64,000 nt of DNA from Malacoraja senta (taxonomy: Eukaryota): positions 496,001 through 560,000 of the forward strand of contig JAXLNO010000627.1 of NCBI GenBank assembly GCA_038087875.1, read 5' to 3'. The position numbers and the translations under genes were made by a program. Positions 38,344 to 51,140 of the stretch are shown here, in pieces (the stretch's first letter is position 1; the number at the start of each line of letters is the position of its first letter). Below the pieces are notes generated by a model. It was not told the origin of the DNA, did not search any database, and saw only the letters and a list, made by a program, of their open reading frames with translations.

Positions 38344-41300
38344 TCAAGCAAACTCCCCGTAACGTTCAGGCGGCTTGACCAGACGCCCGGAGCGGGTATG
38401 CAGCCCGCCTCCCCCCCCCTTCGAAGGTAGAGTGGGCACCGGGGCAGGAGCGGCGATAGGTGAACCGAAAGGGGAGTGAGCAGGAGGGGGAGAACGAGGA
38501 GACCGGGGAGGAGACAAGGGCACCGCAACGGGCACGCGAGCGGGAGATGGCTGATGGGGGGGGCCAGGAGGAGCAGCGGGAGAACGGGGCGCCAAGGGTC
38601 GCGAGGGCAGAGGAGCGGGAGGCAACGAGGCGGCAACCGGGGGAGCAAAAGGGGCTGTGGGAGGCGGAGCGGGCTCGTTGACCGGCAGCAAATGCTGGCG
38701 GGACCGGCGGTAGATTGTGCCCTCGTAGTCAACCAGGTAAGAGCGCGGAGAGTCGGCAAAGCCGATGACAACAGCCAAGCGGTGGTGTCCGGAGGGGGAC
38801 TGCATCCGGACGACCTGGCCCTCGAAGAGGGGCTGAAGGGGACGGCATGACTTGTCGTGGGAGCGCTTCTGGACGACCTGTTTCTGGGTAATACGCTTCT
38901 GGACAGCAGCAGGGCTGCGGACTGCGGGCCATAGCGACCGCTGGGAGACAGGGATTGGAGGGCGAGTGGTGCGGGACATGAGCCGTTGAGCCGGTGAGCC
39001 CATGGTAGGGTCGCGACTAATATTTCGGAGATTCAGTAGAGCGAGATAAAAATCCGAATGCGACAGTCTGCAATGTTCCAGCAGCTCCTTGGCACTGCGG
39101 ACGGCGCGCTCAGCAAGGCCGTTGCTCTGCGGGTACTCCGGGCTGCTGGTGATGTGGCGAAAGTTGTAGGCGGCGGCGAATGCGCGGAACTCAGCACTCG
39201 TGAACTGGCCCCCGTTGTCAGACTGCACAGTCACAGGAATGCCAAAGGTTGCAAAGAGGGGTTGCAACGTCCCGATGACCGCAGCAGAAGTGAGGGAGTG
39301 CAGACGCTTAATCTCGAACCAGCTGGAGTAAGAGTCGACCAGGACCAGGAAATGTTTGCCACGCCACTCAAATATGTCCGTAGCGACCGCCATCCACGCC
39401 AGGGCGGGGGCAGGCTGTTGCAGGAGTGGCTGGCGTTGCTGGTGGGGAGAGAGGGTATTGCAGGTGGAGCAGGCAGAGACCCTCTCCTGGATGTCCTGTG
39501 CCATGCTGGGCCAATAAAATTGGCTCTGGGCCTGGGACAGGGTGGCATCGGCACCGGGATGGCCGTTGTGGGCAGTTTGGAAATAGTGGTCCCACAGAGC
39601 GGCAGGCACCACAACCTTGTGGCCCTTCACCACCACGCCGCCCTGCAGCACAAGTTCGTCCTGGACTAGGAAGTAGGGCGCAGCACCAGCCGGCAAGGGT
39701 GAGCGACGGTCAGGCCAGCCGCGACGGATGACGTCTATAAGCTGTTGCCGGGCAGGATCATTGGCAGTGTGGTGAATCAGGGACTGCATCTGCTGGGAGG
39801 GCATGAAGTTGACGTTTAGCACCATCAGGTCGGATGACTCGTACGGGTGGCGGGCTGTAGAAGCCAGCGGTGCGCGGGACAGCGTGTCAGCCACAAACAT
39901 GTCCTTGCCCTTGTGGTACACGATTTGAAACGTGAAGCGTTGGAGTTGCAGCATCATACGCTGCAAACGGGAAGAGGCAACGTGGATCGGTTTGTTTAAG
40001 ATCGTGACCAGCGGCTGGTGGTCGGTTTCGATAGTGAAGGTGTTACCTATAATGTAGTCCCTGAACTTCGAGCAGGCAAACACCACGGCAAGGAGCTCTT
40101 TCTCGATCTGAGCGTAGCGTTGCTCGGTTGGAGTCATGGTGCGGGAGGCGTAGGAGACAGGTAGCTGCAGGCGGTCGTGGATCTGCAGGCAGGCGGCACC
40201 GAGACCGAAACTTGATGCATCGCAGGTAATGACGATAGGGCGCTTTAAGTCGAAGAACTTCAGAGTGGGGGCGCGAACCAGCCGGGATTTCAAGTCATCG
40301 AAGGCTGCCTGATGCAGCGGGTACCAAACCCAGGCAGTGTCCACCTTGGTCAGTTCCCTCAGGGGCGCACTCAGCTCGCTGAGGTCGGGAATAAATTTCC
40401 CCAGATAGTTCATCATGCCCAAGAAGCGTTGCAGGCTTGGCACGTTGACCGGAGCTGGCATCTCTGACCGCAGCTGTCTTCTGTGGGTCTGGTTTCAGAC
40501 CCTCGGCCGTAAAAACGTGGCCCACGTAGGTGACCTCCGGGACGCGGAAACGGCACTTCTTGGGGTTCAGTTTGAGGTTGATTTCCCGAGCCCGATCCAG
40601 GACCAGACGGAGGTGGAGGTCGTGCTCAGCGACGTCCCTCCCGTACACCAAGATGTCATCAACGATGATAGCACACGGCAGACCTGCAAATAGCTGTTCC
40701 ATGGTGCGCTGGAAAACCTCGCTGGCAGAATTGATCCCGAAAGGCATGCGGAGGAAACGGAACCTGCCGAAAGGTGTACCAAACGTGGTCAGTAAAGATG
40801 AACGTTCATCCAGCGGAATCTGCCAGAAAGAGTTCTTGGCATCGAGGACAGAGAATACAGTGGCCGGGCCAACCTTTGCAGCGACATCCTCCACCGTTCG
40901 CATGGGGTAGTGCGGGCGCTTGATGGCAAGGTTTAGGTCCTTGGGGTTGATACAGATCCGAATCTCACTCTTGTCCTTCTTAGCAGCAACGACCATGGTG
41001 GAGACCCACCGGGTGGCATCGCTCACTTCCTTGATGATGCCCATGGCCACCATCTGGCGTAAAGTGGACTCCACCTTGTCCTTCATAGCAAAGGAGACGC
41101 GGTGAGGAGGGCGGACTACCGGATGGACCTCCGGGTCCACCTCGATTTCGTACTTGCAGGGTAGTTTGCCCAATACTTCGTCAAAACGGTCGGGGTACTC
41201 GCACATGGGATCCATGGGGGTCTGCACCGGGTGGATGTCGTGGTGGAAGGACACCAAACCGAGGTCCTGGCACGCACGGGCGCCCAACAGAGTAACATTC

Positions 41301-42457
41301 TCAGATTCCAGCAGGAGGAAAGAGAGGGGCCGAGAGGCCTTCAGAACTGAGCAGATAAGGGTGGCCTTGCCAACTGGGAATAGCATGCTCCCCCCATATG
41401 CACGGAGGCGGGAGTGATCAGCGGTAATGTTCTCACCAGCTCTTATCTGTTGAAAAAGACTTAACGACATAATATTCGTAAACGCCCCCGTATCTACCTT
41501 AGCAGAGAAGGTCATCCCATTCACAGTAACTCGAACTGATGGATCAGCTATCACAGCATGTGCACCCAGGACTGAAAAAACAAGCGATTCATCATGGGAG
41601 GAGCTGTTATCAGAATCAGGGAGTTCGACTGGAAGGTATTCGGAGTCATAAACACTGTCAGTAGCAGTCAGGCTGTGTAGACTCTTTCTCGGAGCAGGGA
41701 CAGGCTGGCCCCTGGAACGGCACGCTGCGGAGAAGTGATTAAGCTTCTTACACAAATTACAAGTCTTACCCAGAGCAGGGCAAACATCAAATTGATGATT
41801 GACAAAGTTGCAGTTTGGGCATCGGCGAGGGTTGACCCTTGCAGGCGCAGGGGTGCTACGCTGGCGTGGCGGGCCATCGCGCCGCGGGCGTCCAGCAGCA
41901 CCGGCATAGTTAATGTCCTCAGCTTCAGGGGGAGATACGGCGTCGACAGCAGCAGACATGCGAGAGGCATGCAAAGCGTCGTTTAAAGTGAGGTCCGGCT
42001 TTCTCAGAAGCTCAGCCCGTAGCTTCACGTCCTGTAGACCGTGAACTAGGACATCTCTGATCAACTGATCGGGGGTCGTCTCCAGGTGGCAACGCCGGGC
42101 CAGGTGACGCAGCGATGCCACGAAGGTATCGATGTGCTCCCCGGGTTTCTGGCGCCTGCTGAAAAACTTGAACCGCTCTAGAATGGAGTTGGTGGGAATG
42201 TCACACAGCGCGGCAAATTTATTGATGAGACACACGGGGTCCTCTGCATTCTCACCATCGGCGTACTCAAAAGATTCAGAACGTTCCATGGCCTCCGGGC
42301 CAGCCAGGTTGAGGAGCAGATGTGCTGTAATCGCAGGGGTAATATTAGGATGAGCGATGGCGACATAGTGCTGGAAGTCGCGCCGGAAAATAGTCCACCG
42401 GTGGACGATGTCCGAGTCAAACACCAGAACGTCAGGCTTTCGACACGAGGTGGCCAT
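38344..42457 (-). pseudogene. Gypsy gag-pol polyprotein with a single frameshift near 40465
   Basis: Two CX2CX4HX4C knuckles, protease DTGA, RT IVDD, RNase H CDAS/EKE/TDH, integrase HHCC plus D-D-E, and a Pro-rich tail ending TRSGRLVKPPERY. Confidence 0.93.
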
Positions 42458-42535
42458 AGTACTTAAATAGTTGGAAAGGAAAATAAACACTTGGAGAAAA
42501 GAAAACAAACCCGATGAACAGGAGACGCAGGGTTA

Positions 42536-42549
42536 ACTTCTGACAACCA
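42536..42549 (-). promoter_or_regulatory. Primer binding site, tRNA-Leu(CAA)-like
   Basis: TGGTTGTCAGAAGT immediately after the LTR. The complement of the tRNA-Leu(CAA) 3' end is TGGTGTCAGAAGT, so this copy has one extra T. Confidence 0.7.
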
Positions 42550-42759
42550 TGTAAAGACTGTCCAAACACAGGGTGTCTTCACTCTAGTTTATTTCATAAA
42601 TTGTATTCGTATACACACATATTGCCCTAGCTGTTCGTGGTCCATTACCGGAGCTAGAGAGCGAGCTAGGGGTGGGAAGGTTACATTTATACTGAAGCTA
42701 ATGGGGAGTGGTTAGTAGAAGTGAGGTCACCATGTTAAAGGAACATGCACGGCTCTACA
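42550..42759 (-). repeat. 5' LTR
   Basis: Matches 38030-38239 and is followed on the minus strand by the PBS. Confidence 0.96.
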
Positions 42760-43824
42760 GAAAGGGTCAAGAACTTCAAATTCCTGGGCGTGCATATTTC
42801 TGAAGATCTCTCCTGGTCCCAGAACACTGATGCAATCACAAAGTAAGCACATCAGCGCCTCTACTTCCTAAGAAGATTACGGAGAGTCGGTATGTCAAGG
42901 AGGACTCTCTCGAACTTCTACAGGTGCACAGTAGAGAGCATGCTGACCGGTTGCATCGTGGCTTGGTACGGCAACCTGAGCGGACAGGAGCGGAAAAAGT
43001 TGCAAAATGTTGTAAACACTGCCCAGTTCATCATTGGCTCTGACCTCCCTACCATCGAGGGGATCTATTGCAGTCACTGCCTCAAAAAGGCTGCCAGCAT
43101 CATCAAGGACCCATACCATCTCTCCGTTGCTATCAGGTAGAAGGTACACAAGCCTGAAATCTGCAACATCTAGATTCTTCCCCACAGCCATCAGACTATT
43201 AAACACAACTTCGAACAAACTCTGCACTATAACAGCCTATTGCACTTTATCTGTTTATTTATGTGTGTATATATATATACTATGGTATATGGACACAATG
43301 ATCTGTTCTGTATTTATGCCTACAATATTCTGTTGTGCTGCAGCAATCAAGAATTTCATTGTCCTATTTGGGACACATGACAATAAACTCTCTTGACTTG
43401 ACTTAGTAGTTTATTTAGTATATTTGTTTGACTTGTATTATGGTGGTGGGTTTTGTTTCGATTTATTTTGTACTATACATATTATAGGGAGGTTTCACGG
43501 CAGTCGGGTCACGACCCCATGACCCGTACTGTTGCTACGCTACGCCAAATGGATTACACGCGATGAACTGCAGGTAGGCACTTACCATTGTTTCCAGTGT
43601 AGCGGGCCCGTTAAAACCCGCCGAAATGGTCAATTTTTGCGCTGTAAATAATTATGGAAATCGGGATAAGCGTGAGAGACATTTAGCCAACTTCAGAATT
43701 CAAAAAGTGAGGAGAAATGACGGTAGATTGAAGCGAGAGCTGAAAGGAACAACAACAGCCAGAGTGCTTGGCGAACATTGGCCGTTTGCTCACTGCATTT
43801 CATCAACTAAGGCATTATTTTGGC

Positions 43825-44360
43825 TGTGAGGTGAGGAGAGGTTGAGTGTGGGGAAGGGGATGGAATGGCAAAGGTGTGGGGGGGAGAAGGGGGTAAGGGG
43901 AAGGGAGTGAGAAGAGGGATGGGGATGTGGGGTGAGAGGGAGGGGAGGTGAGGGGAGGGGAGGGGAGGGGGTGAGAGGGAGAGAGGGAGGGGGTGGGGAG
44001 AGGGGGTGTAGATGAGGAGGGAATGGGTGGGGGAGCGGTGAGTGGGTGGAAGGAGGATGGGCAGTGAGTGAGTGAGGGGTGTGGGCAGGGTGGGAGGGCG
44101 TGGGGCTGGAGGGGAGGCTGGTCTGGGGAGCAGGGAGGGGGCAGAGGAGATAGCAAGGAAGGAAGGGTTATAGGAGTCGAGGGAGGGGGCAGGCGGATGG
44201 GCACAGGATCGTGGGGAGGGGCAGAGGGGATGGTGAGGGTTTAGTACACGTGAGGCAGACGCAGAGGAGGAAGGGGATTTGAACTGGGGAGGGGGAAATA
44301 GGCAGGAGGGAGACATGGAGGGGGTTGGAGCTGGGAGACGGAGCCAGGCCAGGGGGTGCA
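43825..44360. repeat. G/purine-rich low-complexity tract
   Basis: Dense GGG, GGAG and GTGAG runs on the plus strand. Confidence 0.9.
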
Positions 44361-45045
44361 GACAGCCCAAGAGGTCATCTGTGTCTGGTTCAGTCTGCGG
44401 CGTCCTGTCTCAGTGTACAACACCTCGGGGACACCACACCTGCTGGGATATGTACAGTTCTGGCCACCCTGTTATAGGAAGGGTGTCAGTAAACTGGAAA
44501 AGATGCAACATTGATTACCAGGATTGGAGGGTTTGAGTGAGAAGCAGAGGGTGGATAGGCTGGGATTGATTTCCATGGAGTGAAGGAGGTGAGGGGATGA
44601 CCTTATGTAGGTTTATAAAATCACAAGAGCACAGATCGGGTGAAGGGCACATTTTTCCCAAGGTACAGGGTCTGAAACTAGGGTCTATAGGTTTAATGTG
44701 AGAGGGGAAAAATTAAAGGGAACTTGAGGTGCTGCATGACTCCATTTTATTCCAACATCCATTAAAGTTCTAGCAGTCAAATGATATTTCCCCGTCGCAT
44801 CCCTGACTGATGTCGCATTTGTTACAGGTGGCAGATGGACCGAAAACAATGGGCTCTACATGTCAGAGACAGAGGCAAGGTCTGTGAAAGGCCACAGGGT
44901 ATCTTTGAGCAACAAATGCAAGGAAGGCTGAGGTGAGAGAGGGACCTGGGACTAGAAGGGGGTGTATGTTCTGTCTTGCCTTACTCATTAAAATCTCACC
45001 TCCTTTATCTCCTTGAAATTAGATCCTCCAGACCTGGCTGCTCTA

Positions 45046-46201
45046 TAGACAATAGACAACAGGTGCAGGAGTAGGCCATTCGGACCTTCGAGCCAGCACC
45101 ACCATTCAGTGTGATCATGGCTGATCATCCCCAATCAGTACCTCGTTCCTGCCTTCTCCCCATATCCCCTGACTCTGCCATTTTTGAGAGCCCCATCTAG
45201 CTCTCTTGAAAGCATCCAGAGAACCTGCCTCCACTGCCCTCCGAGGCAGAGAATTCCATAGACTCACCACTCTCTGTGAGAAAAAGTGTTTCCTCGTCTC
45301 CGTTCTAAATGGCTTACTCTTTATTCTTAAACTGTGGCCCCTGGATCTGGACACCACCAACACCGGGAACATGTTTCCTGCCTCTAGCGTGTCCAAGCCC
45401 TTAACAATCGTATATGTTTCAATGAGATGCCCTCTCATCCTTCTAAACTCCAGAGTGTACAAGCCCAGCTGCTCCATTCTCTCAGCATATGACAGTCCCG
45501 CCATTCCGGGAATTAACCTTGTATACCTACACTGCACTCCCTCAATAGCAAGAATGTCCTTCCTCAAATTAGGGGACCAAAACTGCACACAATACTCCAG
45601 GTGTGGTCTCACTAGGGCTCTGTACAACTGCAGAAGGACCTCTTTGGTCCTATATTCGATTCCTCTTGTTATAAAGGCCAACATGCCATTCGCTTTCTTC
45701 ACTGCCTGCTGTACCTACATGCTTACTTTCATAGACTGATGTACAAGGACCCCCAGATCCCGTTGTACTTCCCCTTTTCCTAACCTGACGCCATTTAGAT
45801 AGTAATCTGCCTTCCTGTTTTTGCTACCAAAGTGGATAACCTCACATTTATCCAAATTAAACTTCATCTGCCATGCATCTGCCCACTCCCCCAATCTGTC
45901 CAAGTCACCCTGCATTCTCATAGCATCCTCCTCACAGTTCACACTGCCACCCAGCTTTGTGTCATCTGCAAATTTGCTAATGTTACTTTGAATCCCTTCA
46001 TCCAAATCATTGATGTATATTATAAATAGCTGCGGTCCCAGCACTGAGCTTTGCGGTACCCCACTAGTCACTGCCTGCCATTCTGAAAGGGGCCTGTTAA
46101 TCCCTACTCTTTGTTTCCCGTCTGCCAACCACTTCTCTATCCATGTCAGCACTCTACCCCCAATACCATTTTGCCCACTAATCTCCTATGTGGGACCTTA
46201 T
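45046..46201 (-). mobile_element. CR1 LINE, 5'-truncated
   Basis: [24 protein letters not shown] and FFSQRVVSLWNSLP; (CTATTGT)n tail; candidate TSD CTGCTCTA. Confidence 0.9.
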
Positions 46202-46509
46202 CTCTAGAATCACTGCTCTAGAATCACATCCCAAAGCACTCTACCCCTTTACACCATAACACAAAAGGGACAGGAGTAAGAGTAGGCCACCTGTGTCCTC
46301 ACACTGTAATTTAATATGAACATGGCCAATTTGCTCCACACCTCAACTCTTCTCCTGTGCCAACTGCACGTAGCTTTCCATTCCCTATCAGTGAAAAACT
46401 GATCTATTCCCTCTATCATCAACAATCTAACCTCCAGGGTGGAGAATTCCAATGTCACCATGCTCTCCCTGAATGTGACTGAACAATTATGGTGTAACTA
46501 CCATAGTCT

Positions 46510-49500
46510 GCATAGAAACATAGAAAATAGGTGCAGGAGGAGGCCATTCGGCTCTTCGAGCCAGCACCGCCATTCATTGTGATCATGGCTGATCGTCCCC
46601 TATCAATAACCTGTGCCTGCCTTCTCCCCATATCCCTTGACTCCACTAGCCCCTAGAGCTCTATCTAACTCTCTCTTAAATACATCCAATGATTTGGCCT
46701 CCACTGCCCCCTGTGGTAGAGAATTCCATAAATTCACAACTCTGGGTGAAAACGTTTTTTCTCACCTCAGTCTTAAATGACCTCCCCTTTATTCTAAGAC
46801 TGTGGCCCCTGGTTCTGGACTCGCCCAACATTGGGAAAAAATTTCCTGCATCTATCTTGTCCGGTCCTTTTATAATTTTATGTTTCTATAAGACGCCCCC
46901 TCATCCTTCTAAACTCCAGTGAATACAAGCCTAGTCTTTTCAATCTTCCTCATATTACAGTCCCGCCATCCCAGGGATCAATCTTGTAAACCTACGCTGC
47001 ACTGCCTCAATCACAAGGATGTCCTTCCTCAAATTAGGAGACCAAAACTGTACACAATACTCCAGATGTGGTCTCACCAGAGCCCTATACAACTGCAGAA
47101 GAACCTCTTTACTCCTATACTGAAATCCTATGCAAATTCACTAACAATGTTAACGACACTGTCATCCATATTGTTAATGTAGCTAACAAACAACAGTGGA
47201 CACAGCACCGGCATCTGGATCACTCCACTGGTAACAGGCCTCCAATGAGAAAAACTGTGCTCCAAAACTACCCATGGACTCCTTCCTCCAAGCCAACCTT
47301 GAATCCAATTGTGTAGCTTGCCTTGGATTCCATGTGATCTAACCTTCCACACTAGCCTACCATATGACAACTTGTCAATGGTCTTCTGAAGTCCATATAA
47401 ACTGCCCTGCGGACTGACTATCTCTAATCAGACCTACAGTCATACTGCATGGAAAGTTTGAAGAAAGATCTCGACCCAAAACGTCGCCAATTTCCTTCGC
47501 TCCATAGATGCTGCCTCACCCGCTGAGTTTCTCCAGCATTTTTGTCTACTTCTGTTCTGCCCAACTAGCCTGTACAGACCAGGTTTCCTATCTACGCTAG
47601 TTCCACCTGCCTGTATGTGGCCCATATGCCTGTAATCTTTTCCTATCCGAGTACTTATCCAAATGTCTTTTAAATGTTCAAAGGCTCAAAGGTCTGTTTA
47701 TTGTCACATGTACCAATTAAGGTACAGTGAAACTCAAATTACCATACAGCCATACAGCAAAAATGCAACAAGACACAGCTACATAAAAATTAACATGAAC
47801 ATCCACCACAGCGGATTGCCCACTTTCCTCACTGTAATGGAAGGCAATAAAGTTTAATTTTCTTCCTCTTTATTGTACCACGGTGGGGGCAGTCGAACCA
47901 TCCTCAGTCTGGGCGATCGAAGCTTAAGCTACCTCCTCACGCAGCTTGTTCTATTTACCTACCCCTTGTGTGAAAATGCTGCCCTCAGATTTCTATTAAT
48001 CTTTTCCCTCTCACATTAAACTTAAGTCCTCTTGTTCTTGATTTCCCTTCTCAGGGTAAAAGTTCACAAGTTACACAAGTAGAATTAGGCCATTTGGCCC
48101 ATTGAGTCCACTCCGCCATTCAATCATGGCTGATCTCTGCCTCCTAATTCCATTTTCCTGCCTTATCCCCATAACCCATGACACCTGTTCTAATCAAGAA
48201 TTTGTCTATCTCTGCCTTAAAAATATCCACTGACAGCCTCCACAACCCTCTGTGGCAATGAGTTCCACAGATTAACTAGCCTCTGACTAAAGAAGTTCCT
48301 CCTCACCTTGTTTCTAAACAAGTGCCTTTTAATTCTGTAACTATAACCTCTGGTCCTAAACTCTCCGACTAGTAGAAACATCCTTTTCACATCCACTCTA
48401 TGCCTTTCATTATTCTCTAAGTTTCAATGAGGTCCCCCCTCAACTTTCTAAACTCCGGCGACTAGAGGCCCAGTGCTGTCAAATGCTCAGACTATATGGA
48501 CGATAATATATACAACTTCATGTGATCACCCCTTAGCTTCCTGAGCTCAAAGGAATAAAACCCTAGCCTGCTCGGCTCCCCCAAGAGCTCAGGCCCTCAT
48601 GTACTGGCAATATCCTCATCGATCTTCTTTGCATTCTTTCCAGCTTAACGATATCCTTCCTCTAACAGGCTGACCAAAACTGAACACAATATTTCAAATT
48701 TGGCCTCACCAACATCTTGTACAACTGTTAACATAACATCCCAACTTTTATACTCAAATCTTTGACTGATGAAGGCTAATGTACTTAAAGGCTACTTGAG
48801 CACAAGATCTACATGTGAGGCCACTTTCAGGGAAATGTGCACCTGCACTTACAAGATCCCTATGCTCTACAACACTCCCCAGGACCTTGTCATTAACTGT
48901 GAAGATGCCACCCTGGTTTGACTTTCTAAAATGCAATGCCTTGCACTTATCTTCATTAAATTCCATTAACCATTCCACAACTGAATTACCCAGCTGATCA
49001 AGATTCTATTGTAAATTTTGGGAACCATCTTTGCTATCTACAATTTGCCTACCACAGATGTTAGGCCTACTGGTCTATAGTTCCCAGGTTTTTCCTTGCA
49101 ACCCTTCTTAAATAGAGGCACATTAGCCACCCTCCACTCTTGCGGCACCTCACCCATGTCTAATTATGACTCAGTCGGAGATCCTGCAATTCTTCTCGAG
49201 CCACCTACAGTATCCTCGGATATATCAGATCATGTTCAGGAGATTTATATACTTTCAATTACCTTGGGACATCCAGCACGTCCGACCATATTACAGACTG
49301 TCCTAATTGAGGACCTTGTCCATCTCCTGCATCACACAGAGATAAACATTTTGGTCCTGGAGGACCCTATTCTCTCTCTATTTACCCTCTTTATCTTAAT
49401 GTATATAAAATCTCTCTGGATTTTCCTTAATATTATTTCCCTATTTTTTGCCGTCCTGATTTTCCCGAAACTTCCCAGCAGCCTGCAAGTTCTATGCCTC

Positions 49501-50800
49501 CTTTTTCCAGACCAGAGGCTCAATTTCTCTGATCATGCAGGCTTCCTTACTCCCACCTGCCTTGCCCTCTGCTCGAATTGGATCTTGCATGCTCTGAGCT
49601 CATGCCATCACATTTTTAAAAGCATCCCACTTTCCGGATGTTCCTTTGCCTGCAAACAACCTACTCCAATCAACTTGAGCAAGTTCCTATCTCATTCCAT
49701 CAAAGTTACACTAGTCCCAATTTAGAATTTTAACATGGGCCCACCCTCTCTTAATCCACAATTATTTTAAAGCTAATAGAACTGTGGTCACTGGTCCTAA
49801 AACACTCGTCCACAGACATTTCAGGCGCTTGCCTGTCCCAATTTCCAAAGAGAAGATCAAGCTTTGCTCTCTCGCATCGTGGGCTCTAAATATTGCCTGA
49901 GGAAAGTTTCCTGAACTCATTTGACAAATTCCATCCCATCTCAGTCCTTGACACTCTGGCAGTCCCAGTCTATATTGGCAAAGTTAAAATCCCCGATGAT
50001 GATAACCCCATTAGTCAGCTGTTTGCAATCTCCTTGCTCATTTGTTCTTATAATTCTCGTTGACTATTTAAAGGCCTATAGTACACTCCCAACAAGCTCC
50101 GTTTTTTATTTCTCAGCTCCACCCCTAAAACCTTATTGCAAGAGTCATCAGAAATGTCATCTGATTACTGCTGTGACATTCTCCTTAATCAATCGAGCAA
50201 CTCCCCCTCCTCTTTTACCTCTATCTCTATCTTGTACCTCTCGCACCTGTACCCTGGATCATTAAGCTGCTAGTTCTGTACCTCTCTTAGCCATGTTTTT
50301 GTAATGTTTAAAATGTCCTAGTCGCATGTACCTATCCAAGTCTCACCCATCAGGCCTTTCGCACAAAATAGATTCAATTCAATATAACAGTCCTACATTA
50401 CTTCCTGCTGTGCTCCTGCCTATCCCGCCTAGTGAGCTTTCTTTATCACCTTCCACACCTAGTTCCAGCCTCTCACCTGCTTCTGTTCTGCAGTGGACCC
50501 CGCCCACCCAGGAAATTTAATTTAAACCCACCCCGACTATCAGCAACAAAAGTTCCTGCCAGGATATTGGTTCATCTCCAGTTCAAGTGCAACGCATCCT
50601 TCTTGTATGGATCACCTCTGCCCCAGAAGAGATTCCAATGGTTCAAAAATCTAAATCCCCACCCCTGCAACAACTCCTCATTTATCTGTCCAACTTTCTT
50701 GTACCTACCCTCATTAGCATGTACTGCTGGAGGTCCTGCTTTTGAACCTTTCGTCTAACTACGTATATTCATTTAGCGGGACCTCTTCCTTTTTCCTAAT
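46510..50800 (-). mobile_element. Stack of CR1 fragments of several ages (46510-47130, 47130-47410, 48061-48490, 48520-50800) with small Penelope and Rex pieces
   Basis: RT, APE and ORF1 remnants (KVRSHGIQG, NEDKCKALHFRKSN, MGDFN-like, LYKKDALHLN). Distinct tails near 46510 and 48061. Confidence 0.72.
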
Positions 50801-51004
50801 GACATTTGTGCCAACATGCACAGCACTCACCCTCCCCTTGAGAATGTCCATGCCTATCCAAATGCTGGTAGATCCAGTCCTGCCAAATTCCCCCAAATAA
50901 CCTTTGTGCCACTGCTGTCAGGCTCACTATTCTGTAGCTCCCTGATTTATACTTGCTGCTCTTTTCAATAATTCCCTTCTTAAATAGCCTTGTTTAAAAC
51001 ATCT

Positions 51005-51140
51005 CACAGTGGTGCAGCTGGTAGAGTTGCTGCCTCGGTTCTCCCATCATCTGGCTTTAAACGTGACCTCGGGTGCTGACAGTGTGGAGTTTACACGTTC
51101 TCCCTTTGACCCTGTGTGTTTCCTCTCAACTCCCAAAACA
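51005..51140 (+). mobile_element. V-SINE 5' fragment
   Basis: A-box-like TGGTGCAGCTGG and GTGTGGAGTTTACACGTTCTCC core. Confidence 0.6.

Larger units (their letters stand above)
38030..42759 (-). mobile_element. Full-length Ty3/Gypsy LTR retrotransposon (Mag-like)
   Basis: 210-bp TG..CA LTRs, GAAAG TSD (38025-38029 and 42760-42764), gag-PR-RT-RH-IN order, PBS and PPT. Confidence 0.96.
37778..43405 (+). mobile_element. Rex1/Babar LINE fragment split by the Gypsy element
   Basis: SLYTHDC and IIKFADDTTVVG; INGSMVER|VKNFKFLGVHI spans the insertion site; FYRCTVESMLTGCI; AATAAA followed by a (CTTGA)n tail. Confidence 0.88.

Noticed and set aside
38460..42353. Many plus-strand ORFs over the Gypsy interior, as a possible env or extra gene
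   Set aside because: They are antisense shadows of GC-rich coding DNA, and there is no room for env between the integrase stop and the PPT.
43807..44370. Pro-rich 187-aa and 129-aa ORFs
   Set aside because: These come from the antisense strand of a G-rich low-complexity tract.
49096..49725. 209-aa hydrophobic ORF
   Set aside because: It lies antisense to a decayed CR1 ORF2.
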